DNA of 64,000 nt from Candidatus Eiseniibacteriota bacterium (lineage in GTDB: Bacteria > Eisenbacteria > RBG-16-71-46): positions 32,001 through 96,000 of the forward strand of contig CAVSAC010000019.1 in NCBI GenBank assembly GCA_963725865.1, given 5' to 3'. The position numbers were made by a program, and so were the translations under genes. This document shows positions 30,422 to 40,521 of the stretch, one piece after another. Numbering within the stretch: position 1 is the stretch's first letter; each line of letters opens with the position of its first letter. Below the pieces are notes generated by a model. It was not told the origin of the DNA, did no database searches, and worked only from the letters and a program-made list of their open reading frames with translations.

Positions 30422-31465
30422 ATGTCAACGGACCACCGGATCGACCCCGCGGCCGTCGAGCGCGTGCTGATGGTGCGGCCGCGCTTCCTCGGCGACATCT
30501 GCCTGACGCTGCCCGCGCTCGAGGCGGTGCGCGCCGCGTGCCCGCGCGCCCGGGTGGCGTACGTGCTCGAGCGCGAGAGCGCCCCGCTGCTGGAGGGCGA
30601 CCCGCGCATCGACACGCTGATCGTCGCGCCCCGCAAGCCCTCGGCGGGCGAGACGCTGGGGCTGATCGGCCGGCTGCGCGGCTTCGCGCCGCAGGTGGCG
30701 TTCGACTTCTTCTGCAACCCGCGCACGGCGGTGTGGACCGCGCTCTCGGGCGCGCGCGTGCGGGTCGGCGGCGCCGGCAAGGGCTGGCGCTCGGCGCTCT
30801 ACACCCACCACCCACTGCCACGCACGCTGTCGGCGATCGGGTTCCACCTGGCGTCGATCGAAGCGCTCGGCTGGCCCGCGCCGCACGGCGTGCCACGCCT
30901 GCACGTGGGTGACGCCGCGCGAGCCGAGGCGCGCGCGGCGCTCGACGCGCTCGAGGTCCCGCGCGAGGCGGCGCTGCTCGGCATGCACCCGGGCGCGCGC
31001 TGGCCCACGCGCCGCTGGGCGCCGGCGCGCTTCACCACGCTCGCCCAGGAGTTCCTTCGCGCCACGCCGGGCGGCGTGGTGCTGGTGACCGGCGGCCCCG
31101 GCGAGGAGGCGACGGTCGGCGCGGTGATCGAGGAGCTGCCGCGCCGGCGCTCGCGCGCGGTGACCGGCTGGCCGCTCGCGCGGTTCGTGGCGCTGCAGTC
31201 GCTGTGCGCCGCGTTCGTGTGCGGCGACACCGGGCCGCTGCACACCGCGGTCGCCGCCGGGTGCCCCACGCTCGGCCTGATGTCGCGCAACCGCCCCGCG
31301 ATGTTCTTCCCCTATCCCGCGCCGCACCGCGCGCACTACGCGCGCGTCGAGTGCAGCCCCTGCCACCGCGACACCTGCGACGACCTGCGCTGCCTCGAGC
31401 GCCTCACGGTCGAGGGCGCGTGGGCGCTGCTGCGGGAGATGCTCGCGGCGCGAGTGACTCACTGA
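30422..31465 (+). CDS. Glycosyltransferase family 9 (LPS heptosyltransferase-like)
   Basis: RFLGD, HPGARWPTRRW, GDTGPLH, CSPC...C...C. Confidence 0.9.
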   Translation: MSTDHRIDPAAVERVLMVRPRFLGDICLTLPALEAVRAACPRARVAYVLERESAPLLEGDPRIDTLIVAPRKPSAGETLGLIGRLRGFAPQVAFDFFCNPRTAVWTALSGARVRVGGAGKGWRSALYTHHPLPRTLSAIGFHLASIEALGWPAPHGVPRLHVGDAARAEARAALDALEVPREAALLGMHPGARWPTRRWAPARFTTLAQEFLRATPGGVVLVTGGPGEEATVGAVIEELPRRRSRAVTGWPLARFVALQSLCAAFVCGDTGPLHTAVAAGCPTLGLMSRNRPAMFFPYPAPHRAHYARVECSPCHRDTCDDLRCLERLTVEGAWALLREMLAARVTH

Positions 31466-31562
31466 GCAGGGCGACGACGCGCAGCGGCCTTGGATCTCCG
31501 GGCCCCTCGCCCGCGACGTCTCCTGTGCTAACGTGCCGGCTCCCCTCGCACGGAGGTGCCCC

Positions 31563-32363
31563 ATGTCCCATCCCGTGGTGACGTTCACGTCGGACTTCGG
31601 CCTGCAGGACTGGTTCGTCGGCGTCGTGCACGGCGCCATCCTCGCGGTGTGCCCGAGTGCCCAGGTGGTCGACGTGACGCACGCCATTCCGGCCGGGCTG
31701 ATCGAGCGCGGCGCGTTCGTGCTCGAGACCGCGGCCCCCGACTTCCCGAGCGGCGCCGTGCACCTGGCGGTGGTGGATCCCGGCGTCGGCACTGATCGCC
31801 GCGCGCTCGCGGTGCGCGCCCACGGCCAGTTGTTCGTGGGGCCCGACAACGGCCTGCTCGAGTGGGCGCTCTCGGCGCCCGACGCGATCGCGTGTGCGCT
31901 GGTCGACGAGCGCTACTTCCGCACCCCGGTGAGCCGCACGTTCCACGCCCGCGACGTGTTCGCGCCGTGCGCCGCGCACCTGGCGGCCGGCGTGCCGCTC
32001 GAGTCGTTCGGGCCGCGCGTGACCGACCCGCGCCGCCTGCCGCGCGCAGGCACCCAGATGAACGGCGGCGCTCTGCGCGGCCACATCGTCTTCATCGACC
32101 GCTTCGGCAACGCGCTGACCGACCTCTACGCCTACGAGATCGCGCGCCGCTTCCCCGGGGCGGGCGACACCGGCATCGAGGTCCACGTGGGCGGCCGGCG
32201 CATTCGCGGGCTTGCGCGCGCCTACGGCGACTCGCCGGTCGGCACGCTGGTGGCGATCGTGGGTTCGAGCGGAGCACTCGAGATCGCGCAGGTCGGCGGC
32301 CACGCCACCGAGCGGCTCGGACTCGGCGAGGGCGACGCGGTCGAGGTGCGCACGATCGGTTGA
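31563..32363 (+). CDS. SAM hydroxide adenosyltransferase (DUF62, chlorinase/fluorinase superfamily)
   Basis: TSDFG, DVTH, VVDPGVGTDR, GPDNG, TFHARDVF, DRFGN. Confidence 0.9.
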   Translation: MSHPVVTFTSDFGLQDWFVGVVHGAILAVCPSAQVVDVTHAIPAGLIERGAFVLETAAPDFPSGAVHLAVVDPGVGTDRRALAVRAHGQLFVGPDNGLLEWALSAPDAIACALVDERYFRTPVSRTFHARDVFAPCAAHLAAGVPLESFGPRVTDPRRLPRAGTQMNGGALRGHIVFIDRFGNALTDLYAYEIARRFPGAGDTGIEVHVGGRRIRGLARAYGDSPVGTLVAIVGSSGALEIAQVGGHATERLGLGEGDAVEVRTIG

Positions 32364-32373
32364 GCGGCTTCGC

Positions 32374-33588
32374 TCAGCGCATCACGACGCGGGTGACCGC
32401 CTGCGTGCCGCCGGCCCGCGCGCGCACCAGATAGACGCCGGGCGGGACGCGCGCGCCCGCACGGTCGCGCCCCTCCCACGGCAGCGTGCGGACCCCGGCC
32501 TCGGCGCGCCCGCGGAACAGGGTCGCGACGCGGCGGCCCTGGGGATCGAGCACCTCCACGGTCAGCGGACCCGCGGCCGGGAGCGCGAGCGACACCCGCA
32601 CGCCCGCGTCGGCCGGGTTGGGCGAGGCCGCGGCGAACGCCAGTCGCGGGGCGCGCGCCTCGCCCTCCACGCCCAGATCGCCGAACGGATGCTCGAGCAG
32701 GGGGTTCATGACCAGGCCCTGCACCAGCGGCGTGGGAATGCCCAGCAGCACGCCGATCGTGGGGATCAGGTCCTGCTGGCTGAGGCTCACGGTGGAGACC
32801 TGCCCGATCTTGAAATCCGGGCCCACCGCGAGCAGCTCGATCCGACGGCATCCATTGCAGCCGTCGCCGTGGTTCTGGTAGCCGCCGCTGATGTCGTCGT
32901 GACGCCCATGGTCGTTGGTCACGAACAGCGACGTCCGCCCGGCGAGGGCGGTGTCGGCCTGGATGCGGGCCCACAGGTCCCCGACCAGCGAGTCGGCGAA
33001 GTGGATGCCGCCCAGGTAGCCGGGCCAGTTCAGCTGATGGCCATAGGCGTCGGTGTCGTTCAGACCGATGCCCAGGATCGCCGGATGATCGCCGAACAGG
33101 TGCTGCCGCGCCCGCGCCATCACGTCGGCGTCGCCGTCGAAGCTGATGTCCACGGAGGCCGAGAACGGAGCGCCGTAGTCGGGGTGGTCGCTGTGCTCGA
33201 GGATGTCGAGCTTGGGCTTGCCCGCGACGAACCAGGTGTCCGAGGCCGGCGCGCCGGTCGCGGCGCGGTAGTACTCGAACACCGTCGGCGTATGGGGGCG
33301 TTCGAGCCCATCATTGGTGATCCGCTGAATGGCGCCGGTGAACAGCGTCGCGAACCCCGGACAGGTGCTGGTGATTCCGAGGTTGTAGAACGGCGTCTGG
33401 CAGCCCTGCGGGGCGAGGACGTTGCCCTGGGCCGGCACGTTCGCGAACGTGGGATCGCCCAGGGTCTCGGTGTAGCGCGCCCCGTCGATCACCACCACCA
33501 CCACGTGTCGGGTCGCGTAGGCCGCTGCGGAGCAGGGAGCGGACACGAGCAGGAGTGTGAGCAGGGCGAGCAGACGACACACCAGCAT
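32374..33588 (-). CDS. Secreted alkaline-phosphatase-superfamily protein with FlgD/T9SS-like CTD
   Basis: Signal peptide, VIDGAR, DAYGH, TNDHGR, HG; PNP...PGVYLVR...RVVMR. Confidence 0.8.
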   Translation of the reverse strand: MLVCRLLALLTLLLVSAPCSAAAYATRHVVVVVIDGARYTETLGDPTFANVPAQGNVLAPQGCQTPFYNLGITSTCPGFATLFTGAIQRITNDGLERPHTPTVFEYYRAATGAPASDTWFVAGKPKLDILEHSDHPDYGAPFSASVDISFDGDADVMARARQHLFGDHPAILGIGLNDTDAYGHQLNWPGYLGGIHFADSLVGDLWARIQADTALAGRTSLFVTNDHGRHDDISGGYQNHGDGCNGCRRIELLAVGPDFKIGQVSTVSLSQQDLIPTIGVLLGIPTPLVQGLVMNPLLEHPFGDLGVEGEARAPRLAFAAASPNPADAGVRVSLALPAAGPLTVEVLDPQGRRVATLFRGRAEAGVRTLPWEGRDRAGARVPPGVYLVRARAGGTQAVTRVVMR

Positions 33589-33802
33589 GGGCGCTCCGCG
33601 GTGAATGCGCGAGGGCCGCTCGGGCGGCGGGATCTCGGACGGCAGCCCGATGGGTGGAGTCTAGCATCGGGTGTCGGGGATCCCCATCGGTGATCGCTCC
33701 CGGACGATGGCCCGAAGGCGGGTCGGAGCCCGTGGATGATCCGTTCGCGTGCGCTGATGGGGTGCTACTCTAAAGCCGAACGCAGGATGCGTTGACCGCC
33801 AT

Positions 33803-35992
33803 GTGGGGGGCCGCTCCATGGGTCTTCGGCCGCACGGCGAGTTCCCCCCGGACCGCTCCATTGTCCTCCGCCGATTCCGTTCGGCGACGCTGTTGGTGAT
33901 CGCGCTGCTCCCCGCGTTTCCGCGTGCCGGTGGCGCCGCGCCGGCGAACATCACGCTGCAGGTGCGCGATGCTCAGGGCGCCCCGCTGCCGGCGCGCGTG
34001 AACGTGAAGACCGCCTCGGACGCGTGGCCGAGCCTGCCGGACACGGCACTCCTCAGTCGCGAGCTGCATGGCCGGTACTTCTACACCGAGGGCGACGTGG
34101 TCATTCCGGCGAGCACCGCGCCGACGCACCTCGTCGTGGGGCAGGGATTCGAGCGGGCACCGGCCGACCTGTGGATCACGCCCGCGCGCGACACCACCGT
34201 CACGGTGGTGCTCCCGCGCCTCGTGAACCTGCGCGCGTCCGGCTGGTACGGGGCGGATCTGCACGTCCACACCCGCCACGGCGAGCTGGAGTACGCGCTC
34301 ACTCCCACCCAACTGAGACGCGTCGCACGCGCCGAGGACCTCGCGGTGCTGTTCGCGCTCGACCAGGGCAGCGAGTTCACGGGCGGTGCGCACGCGGTGT
34401 CGGACAGCGTGTGCATCCTCGACTACAGCTACGAGTACCGCACCGGCGTCTACGGACACGTCGAGCTGCCCGGCCTTCACCTGGCGCTGGGCCCCACCGG
34501 CTGCTGCGTGGCGCCGGCGCCCCCTTACCCGATGCTGCTCGACCAGGCGCGCTGGGTCCACGCCACCGGCGGCGGTGTGATGGTGCTCGGCCATCCCCAT
34601 ACCACGGACGACTACGATCAGCTCTGCTGCTGGCCCGGCAGTGGGCTCGGGCGCGAGCTGCCGGTGCTCGCCGCTCTGCGGCAGCTCGACGGCGTCGGCC
34701 TGGGTTCGTACAGCAACCAGCCGGAGGTCGACGCCACCGACTGGTTCGATCTGCTCTCGGCGGGCTTCAGCGTACCGCCGACCGCCGGGACCGACGCGGC
34801 GATCAACCACGTGCACGGCGCGCCGCCCGGCGGCTGGCGGGTCTACACCCAGCTGCCGCCCGGGATGCCGTTCACGCTCGATGCCTGGCTCGCGGGCCTG
34901 CGGCGCGGCCGCTGCTTCGTGACCAGCCAGCCGCTCATCGAGGTGTTCGACGTCGCGGGGCGCGGCATGGGCGACTCGCTCGAGGTGACGACGGACTCAC
35001 TGGTGGCGCCCGTGCACCTGCGCGTCACCTGCGCCCTGGGACTGGAGCGGGTCGAGCTGCTGACCGACGCCGGCGCCGCGTGGCAGTGGGAGTTCGACGG
35101 CGGCGTCCACCCGATCTCGCTCGACACCACGTTCACGCTGCGCGCGCCGACCCCGTCGTGGCTGGTGCTGCGCGTCGAGGGATTGCTGGGCAGCGCGCGC
35201 ATCGACGCCGCAGAGGACGCCGCGTACGGGAACGCGCTGCGCGTCACCCATGGCGGCGTGGCACTGAGCCGGCCGTGCGCGATGGCGCGCTGGTGCGACG
35301 ACCTGGACCAGCTCGAGAGCCTGATCGCGAGCCAGGGCACGCTGGTGCTCGCGTGGCAGCGCGATTCGGTCATGACGCGGATCGCCCAGGCCCGGCAGGT
35401 GTTCACGGCGCCGTTCCGTAGCGCGCCGGCGCCGTTCGCGATGATCATGCCGCCGCCGAACGACACCCTGTACGGCGCCGCGTCATGGCGGTCCGCCGAC
35501 GATCCCGATCCGTGCGATCGCGTCCGCTACGTGGTGCGAGTGGCGGGTGACTCGTCGCTGGCAGGGGCGTGGGAGCAGGGCACCAGCGAGACCTCGCTCG
35601 CGCTTCCGGGGCTGGAGAAGAACCGCGGCTACTGGATCGCCGTCGACGCCGTGGATCGCGCCGGCAACGCGCGCCGCGCCGGCGGGGCGGCGCAGTGGTT
35701 CTTCGTGCCCGGCGACTCCAGCCTGCTGGCCACCCCACCCGGGCCGACGATCTCGACGCCGCGCGCGTTTCCCAATCCCACCCGGGGGTCGGTGCAACTG
35801 ATCGGGCTCGGGCGCGATGCCGTGGTCTACGACATGGCGGGTCGCCGAGTGGCCGCGCTGGGCCGCGGCCTGACCTGGTCGCCCGCGGGTCCCCGGTGGG
35901 ACGGGCGCGACCGGGGCCAGGCGGCCGCGCCGGGCGTCTACTGGGCCGGCGGCGCGACCGGCGCGCGCGTGCGCATCGTGCGCCTGCGCTGA
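33803..35992 (+). CDS. CehA/McbA-like PHP-fold metallohydrolase with FlgD/T9SS-like CTD
   Basis: GWYGADLHVH, YGH, HP, AGTDA, GRCFVT; FPNP...YDMAGRRV...PGVYW; start uncertain. Confidence 0.78.
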   Translation: MGGRSMGLRPHGEFPPDRSIVLRRFRSATLLVIALLPAFPRAGGAAPANITLQVRDAQGAPLPARVNVKTASDAWPSLPDTALLSRELHGRYFYTEGDVVIPASTAPTHLVVGQGFERAPADLWITPARDTTVTVVLPRLVNLRASGWYGADLHVHTRHGELEYALTPTQLRRVARAEDLAVLFALDQGSEFTGGAHAVSDSVCILDYSYEYRTGVYGHVELPGLHLALGPTGCCVAPAPPYPMLLDQARWVHATGGGVMVLGHPHTTDDYDQLCCWPGSGLGRELPVLAALRQLDGVGLGSYSNQPEVDATDWFDLLSAGFSVPPTAGTDAAINHVHGAPPGGWRVYTQLPPGMPFTLDAWLAGLRRGRCFVTSQPLIEVFDVAGRGMGDSLEVTTDSLVAPVHLRVTCALGLERVELLTDAGAAWQWEFDGGVHPISLDTTFTLRAPTPSWLVLRVEGLLGSARIDAAEDAAYGNALRVTHGGVALSRPCAMARWCDDLDQLESLIASQGTLVLAWQRDSVMTRIAQARQVFTAPFRSAPAPFAMIMPPPNDTLYGAASWRSADDPDPCDRVRYVVRVAGDSSLAGAWEQGTSETSLALPGLEKNRGYWIAVDAVDRAGNARRAGGAAQWFFVPGDSSLLATPPGPTISTPRAFPNPTRGSVQLIGLGRDAVVYDMAGRRVAALGRGLTWSPAGPRWDGRDRGQAAAPGVYWAGGATGARVRIVRLR

Positions 35993-36023
35993 CCGCGGCC
36001 GCCGCACCCGCGGCCGCACGCGT

Positions 36024-36061
36024 CGAGGCCCCGGTGGGATGAACCCACCGGGGCCTCGTTT
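36024..36061. terminator. Hairpin terminator between convergent genes
   Basis: 15-bp perfect stem CGAGGCCCCGGTGGG/CCCACCGGGGCCTCG, 5-nt loop, then TTT. Confidence 0.75.
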
Positions 36062-36079
36062 CGTCGCGGCGCCGGGCGA

Positions 36080-37717
36080 CTACCGGTGCGGGGTCGTCGT
36101 CGCGGCGGCGCGGCGCGGCTCGGAGAAGTCCCCGGACATCAGCTTGGCCGCCTGCGGGAACAGCTCGAGCGCCTGCTGGAGCTGCGAGTCGTCCTCGACG
36201 CGGATCTTGTAGGCCTCCTGCGTGCTCTTGAGCGCCGCGCTCGCCAGCTCGGCGCGGACCTGGAGCAGCATGAACGGCCGGTCCGCCTTCCAGACCGAGT
36301 CGCTCAGCGCGACCTTGCGCGTGTCCATCACCTTGTGCAGCTCGCTCCACTCGCCGTCGGGCAGGCTGAAGCTCCTGCCGAACGACTCGGGCGCCCAGGT
36401 GGCGTCCTTGTGGCGCGTCAGGTAGTGGGTGGCGTACTCGAAGAACACGCGCTTGGTGATCATGTCGAGCTGCGGCCTGGTGTAGTTCGGCGGCTCGTGG
36501 ATGAGCACGTCCGGATAGATGCCGCCGCCGCCGTACACCTGGCGGCCGCCCGCGGTCTTGAACTTGGGCAGCGTCGCGAGCACCGAGTCGCTCGGCACCT
36601 CGACCTTGTACGCGTCCATCGCGTACTGGTCGCGGTCCTCGAACTTGGTGTAGTCGCGCTGGATCAGCCGGCCGCTCGGCGTGTAGTAGTGCGCGATCGT
36701 CAGCAGCAGCTTGCTGCCGTCGGTGAGCCGTAGCTGGTTCTGGACCAGCCCCTTGCCGAACGAGTTGGTGCCCGCCACGATTCCGCGGTCGAGGTCCTGC
36801 ACCGCGCCCGCGACGATCTCGGAGGCCGACGCGCTGCCGTGGTCGGTCAGCACCACGATCGGCACGTTCGCGATCTTGGGCCGGTCGCTGCTGCGGTAGT
36901 CGGCGTTCGCCGACGGGATGCGGCCGCGCGTGTACACGAGCAGCTTGTCGGGCGGGATGACCTGATCGAGCACGTCCACCGCCTGCGACAGCAGGCCACC
37001 CGAGTTCGAGCGCAGGTCGACGAGCAGCGACTTCATGCCCTGGCCCTTGAGCTTGTCGATCGCGGTCGCCAGCTCCTCGCCCGTGGTCTGCGAGAACCGG
37101 ATGATGCGGACGTACCCGATGCCCGGCCGGATCATGTACGAGTAGGGCACGCTCTCGATCGGGATCTTCGCGCGCTCGATGGTGAAGTGCATCGGCGCGC
37201 TCTCCTCGTCGCGCAGGATGGTCACGTTCACGGTCGAGCCGGTGGGGCCGCGCAGCAGCTTGAACACGTCGTCGTTCGTGATGCTCTTGGCGAGCGGCTT
37301 GTCGTCCACCTCGACGATGCGGTCGCCGGCGCGGATGCCGAGCCGGTAGGCGGGCGTGCCCTCGAGCGGCGAGATCACCACGATCGCGCCGTCGCGCAGG
37401 TCGAACTGGATGCCGATGCCGGAGTACTCGCCCGAGAACTCCTCGTCCATCCGCTGCGCGCGGACCGCCGGCAGGTAGACGGTGTGCGGGTCGAGCGTCT
37501 TGAGCATGCCGTCGATGGCGCCCTTGATGAGCTTCTGGTTGTCGGGGGCCTCGACGTAGTTGTTCTGCACCAGGTAGAGCACCTGCGAGAACAGGTCGAG
37601 CTGGCTGCGCAGATCGTCGAGCGCGTTCAGGCCGCGCGCGAGACCGAAGCCGAGCAGCAGCGAGAGTGCCATCCCGACGAGGAGCGGGCCCGGCGAGTTG
37701 CGACGGAAGATGGCCAT
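36080..37717 (-). CDS. ctpA: S41 carboxy-terminal processing protease with PDZ domain
   Basis: LDPH, GIGI, DLRSNSGGLL, SASASEIVAG, FGKGLVQ, YYTPSGR. Confidence 0.92.
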   Translation of the reverse strand: MAIFRRNSPGPLLVGMALSLLLGFGLARGLNALDDLRSQLDLFSQVLYLVQNNYVEAPDNQKLIKGAIDGMLKTLDPHTVYLPAVRAQRMDEEFSGEYSGIGIQFDLRDGAIVVISPLEGTPAYRLGIRAGDRIVEVDDKPLAKSITNDDVFKLLRGPTGSTVNVTILRDEESAPMHFTIERAKIPIESVPYSYMIRPGIGYVRIIRFSQTTGEELATAIDKLKGQGMKSLLVDLRSNSGGLLSQAVDVLDQVIPPDKLLVYTRGRIPSANADYRSSDRPKIANVPIVVLTDHGSASASEIVAGAVQDLDRGIVAGTNSFGKGLVQNQLRLTDGSKLLLTIAHYYTPSGRLIQRDYTKFEDRDQYAMDAYKVEVPSDSVLATLPKFKTAGGRQVYGGGGIYPDVLIHEPPNYTRPQLDMITKRVFFEYATHYLTRHKDATWAPESFGRSFSLPDGEWSELHKVMDTRKVALSDSVWKADRPFMLLQVRAELASAALKSTQEAYKIRVEDDSQLQQALELFPQAAKLMSGDFSEPRRAAATTTPHR

Positions 37718-37738
37718 CAGGGTCTCCGGTGGCGGTGT

Positions 37739-38914
37739 TCAGTGCGCCGGCGCGCCGGTCTTGATCCGGGCGAGGCGATCCACGGCCGCTTCGAGGGTCT
37801 CACGACGCCGCGCGAACTGGAAGCGCAGGCGCTGCCGGCCCGCGGCGGGGTCGGCGAAGAACGAGGAGCCCGGCACCGCGGCCACGCCGACCTTCGCCAC
37901 CAGGTGGCGCGCGAAGGCGACGTCGTCGTCGAAGCCGAACCCCGAGATATCCGTCATCACGTAGTACGCCCCGTGCGGGGCGAAGGCGCGGAAGCCGGCG
38001 GCCTCGAGCGCGGGCACCAGATAGTCGCGCTTCTCGCGGTAGCCGGCGGCGAGCGCCGTGTAATAGTCGTCCGGCAGCGCGAGCGCCGCCGCCGCCGCCT
38101 CCTGCAGCGGAGCGGGTGCGCCCACCGTGAGGAAGTCGTGCACCTTGCGAATCGCCGCCGTCAGCGCCGGCGGCGCCAGGCACCAGCCCACGCGCCAGCC
38201 CGTCACGCTGTACGTCTTGCTCACGCCGCTGATGGTCACGGTGCGCTCCCGCATGCCCTCGAGCGTGGCGAGCGGGATGTGGACCGTGCCGTCGTACAGG
38301 ATGTGCTCGTAGATCTCGTCGGTGACGGCCACCACGTCCCACTTCCGGCACAGCGCCGCGATGTGCTCCAGCTCCGCGCGCGCGAACACCTTGCCCGTGG
38401 GATTGTTGGGAGTGTTGATGACGATCGCCTTGGTCCGGTTCGAGAACGCCGCCTCGAGCTCGGCCGGGTCGTAGTGCCAGTCGGGCTCGCGCAGCCGCAC
38501 GAAGCGCGGAGTGGCGCCGCACAGCACCGCGTCGGGACCGTAGTTCTCGTAGAACGGCTCGAAGACCACGACCTCCTCGCCCGGGTCCACCAGCGCCATC
38601 AGCGTGGCCGCCATGCACTCGGTCGAGCCGCAGCAGACGGTGATCTCGGTCTCGGGGTCGTACGCCGGCCCGCCGAAGCGGCGCGTCTTGGCCACCAGCG
38701 CGTCCCGCAGGCGCTTGGCGCCCCACGTGATGGCGTACTGGTTGACGTCCGCGCGCACCGCCGCCATCGCGGCGTCCTTGATCGCCTCGGGCGCCGGGAA
38801 GTCGGGGAAGCCCTGGGCGAGGTTGACGCCACCATGCTGGTTGCAGAGCCGGGTCATCTCGCGGATGACGGACTCTGTGAACCGGCGGCTGCGCTGGGAG
38901 GTCTGGTCACGCAT
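37739..38914 (-). CDS. PLP-dependent aminotransferase class I/II (YbdL-like)
   Basis: NLAQGFPD, NTPNNPTG, DEIY, SKTYSVTGWRVG. Confidence 0.92.
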   Translation of the reverse strand: MRDQTSQRSRRFTESVIREMTRLCNQHGGVNLAQGFPDFPAPEAIKDAAMAAVRADVNQYAITWGAKRLRDALVAKTRRFGGPAYDPETEITVCCGSTECMAATLMALVDPGEEVVVFEPFYENYGPDAVLCGATPRFVRLREPDWHYDPAELEAAFSNRTKAIVINTPNNPTGKVFARAELEHIAALCRKWDVVAVTDEIYEHILYDGTVHIPLATLEGMRERTVTISGVSKTYSVTGWRVGWCLAPPALTAAIRKVHDFLTVGAPAPLQEAAAAALALPDDYYTALAAGYREKRDYLVPALEAAGFRAFAPHGAYYVMTDISGFGFDDDVAFARHLVAKVGVAAVPGSSFFADPAAGRQRLRFQFARRRETLEAAVDRLARIKTGAPAH

Positions 38915-39049
38915 GCGAGCGGACATTCTAGCGGCTGCCCGCCGGCCGCGCGACGTGCAAGATGCACCGGCGCCGCAGAACCTCCGCCCGGTGCCGACCG
39001 CGGCCGCGAGGTTTGACATCGCCATGTCCCTCCCCCACCTTCCGGCGCC

Positions 39050-40483
39050 ATGGACGGACAGCGCGTCATCGCCCGCCGCATGGTGATCGGCCTGCCGCCG
39101 GACGGCCTGGCGCCGGCTTGGGAGAAGGACTTCGCCGCCTACACGCCCGCCGGCGTGATCCTGTTCCGGCGCGACTTCGCCTCGCTCGACGCGCTGCGCG
39201 CGCTCACCAGCCGGCTGCGCGCGCTGGCGCAGCCGCGCCGCATCTTCATCGCGATCGACGAGGAGGGCGGCCACGTCTCGCAGCTCGGCGGGCACCTGCT
39301 GGTGCCGCCGAACGCGGCGCTGCTCGCGCGCGGCGCCGCGCCCGGCGACCTGGAGTGGGCCGCGCGCGTCACCGGCGAGCGCCTGCGTGCGCTCGGCATC
39401 GACTGGGCGTTCGCGCCGGTCGCCGACGTGGCGAGCGAGCCGCTCAATCCCGTGATCGGCCCGCGCGCGTACGGCACCACGCCGGCCGCCGTGGCCGCGG
39501 CGCTGGACGAGGTGCTGCGCGGATTCCGCGCCGCGCGGGTGGCGACCTGCCTCAAGCACTTCCCCGGCCACGGCGACACCGTGCTCGACTCGCACCTCGC
39601 GCTGCCCGCCTGCCGCGCCGATCGCGCGACGCTCGAAGCGCGCGAGCTGGCGCCGTTCCGCGCCCATCGCGACGCGCCCGCGGTGATGACGGCGCACGTG
39701 ATGTACCCGGCGCTCGATCCCGAGCGGCCCGCCACGTTCTCGCACGCGATCGTCACGGGCGTGCTGCGCGAAGCGCTCGGCTTCGGCGGGATCGCGATCA
39801 CCGACGCGCTCGAGATGAAGGGCGCCGCCGAAGGCGGCACGCCGTTCGACCTCTCGAAGCGCGCACTCGAGGCCGGCTGCGATCTGCTGCTGTTCGCGTT
39901 CCACGACGACGCGGTGCGCCGCGTCCGGCTCCAGCTCGCCGACGCGCTGGTCGACGGCACGCTCGACCGCGCCGCGTTCGACGCCGCGCGGCCGCGGCTG
40001 GCGGCGTTCGACGCGGCGCACCCCGCGCCGGACGCGGACGACCTGGCGCGCCCGCTCGACTCGCTCACGCCGCCGGACTGGGCCGCGCGGCTCGACGCGA
40101 TCGGGCGCCACGGCCTGCTGGTGCGTGGCGCGCTGCCGCCAGCGGCCGCGCGGCTGCCGGTGCGCATCGAGGCGCCGGAGCCGGCCTACGGTGCTCCGCT
40201 CGCCGAGTTGCTGCGCGAGGCCGGCGTGCCGCTCGCCGGTCCCGCGGGCGACGCGCTCGCGCTGGTCGCCGTCGCCAGCCGCGTGCCACTCGCCGACGCG
40301 GAGCTCGCGCGCCTGCGCGAGCGCGCACGCCGGGCGCCGCTCGCGCTGTGCGGCCTGATGGCCGACGCGTTCCTCGACGCGGTGCCCGAGGCCGCGCTGC
40401 GCATCTCGGCCAGCGACGCCACGCCGGTCGCGCGGCGCGCGGTCGCCGCCGCGGTGGCCGCGGCACGCTCCGCGCCCGCCTGA
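39050..40483 (+). CDS. nagZ: GH3 beta-N-acetylhexosaminidase
   Basis: IDEEGG, APVAD, KHFPGHGDTVLDSH, MTAH, TDALEM. Confidence 0.88.
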   Translation: MDGQRVIARRMVIGLPPDGLAPAWEKDFAAYTPAGVILFRRDFASLDALRALTSRLRALAQPRRIFIAIDEEGGHVSQLGGHLLVPPNAALLARGAAPGDLEWAARVTGERLRALGIDWAFAPVADVASEPLNPVIGPRAYGTTPAAVAAALDEVLRGFRAARVATCLKHFPGHGDTVLDSHLALPACRADRATLEARELAPFRAHRDAPAVMTAHVMYPALDPERPATFSHAIVTGVLREALGFGGIAITDALEMKGAAEGGTPFDLSKRALEAGCDLLLFAFHDDAVRRVRLQLADALVDGTLDRAAFDAARPRLAAFDAAHPAPDADDLARPLDSLTPPDWAARLDAIGRHGLLVRGALPPAAARLPVRIEAPEPAYGAPLAELLREAGVPLAGPAGDALALVAVASRVPLADAELARLRERARRAPLALCGLMADAFLDAVPEAALRISASDATPVARRAVAAAVAAARSAPA

Positions 40484-40521
40484 CCGCGGCGCGCGAGCCG
40501 CCGAGCCACGCCCGCGGCCGC

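Noticed and set aside
31563..32363. Fluorinase or chlorinase
   Set aside because: Retains the Asp/Arg/His residues (VVD, GTDR, TFH) typical of DUF62 hydroxide adenosyltransferases; no halometabolite genes nearby.
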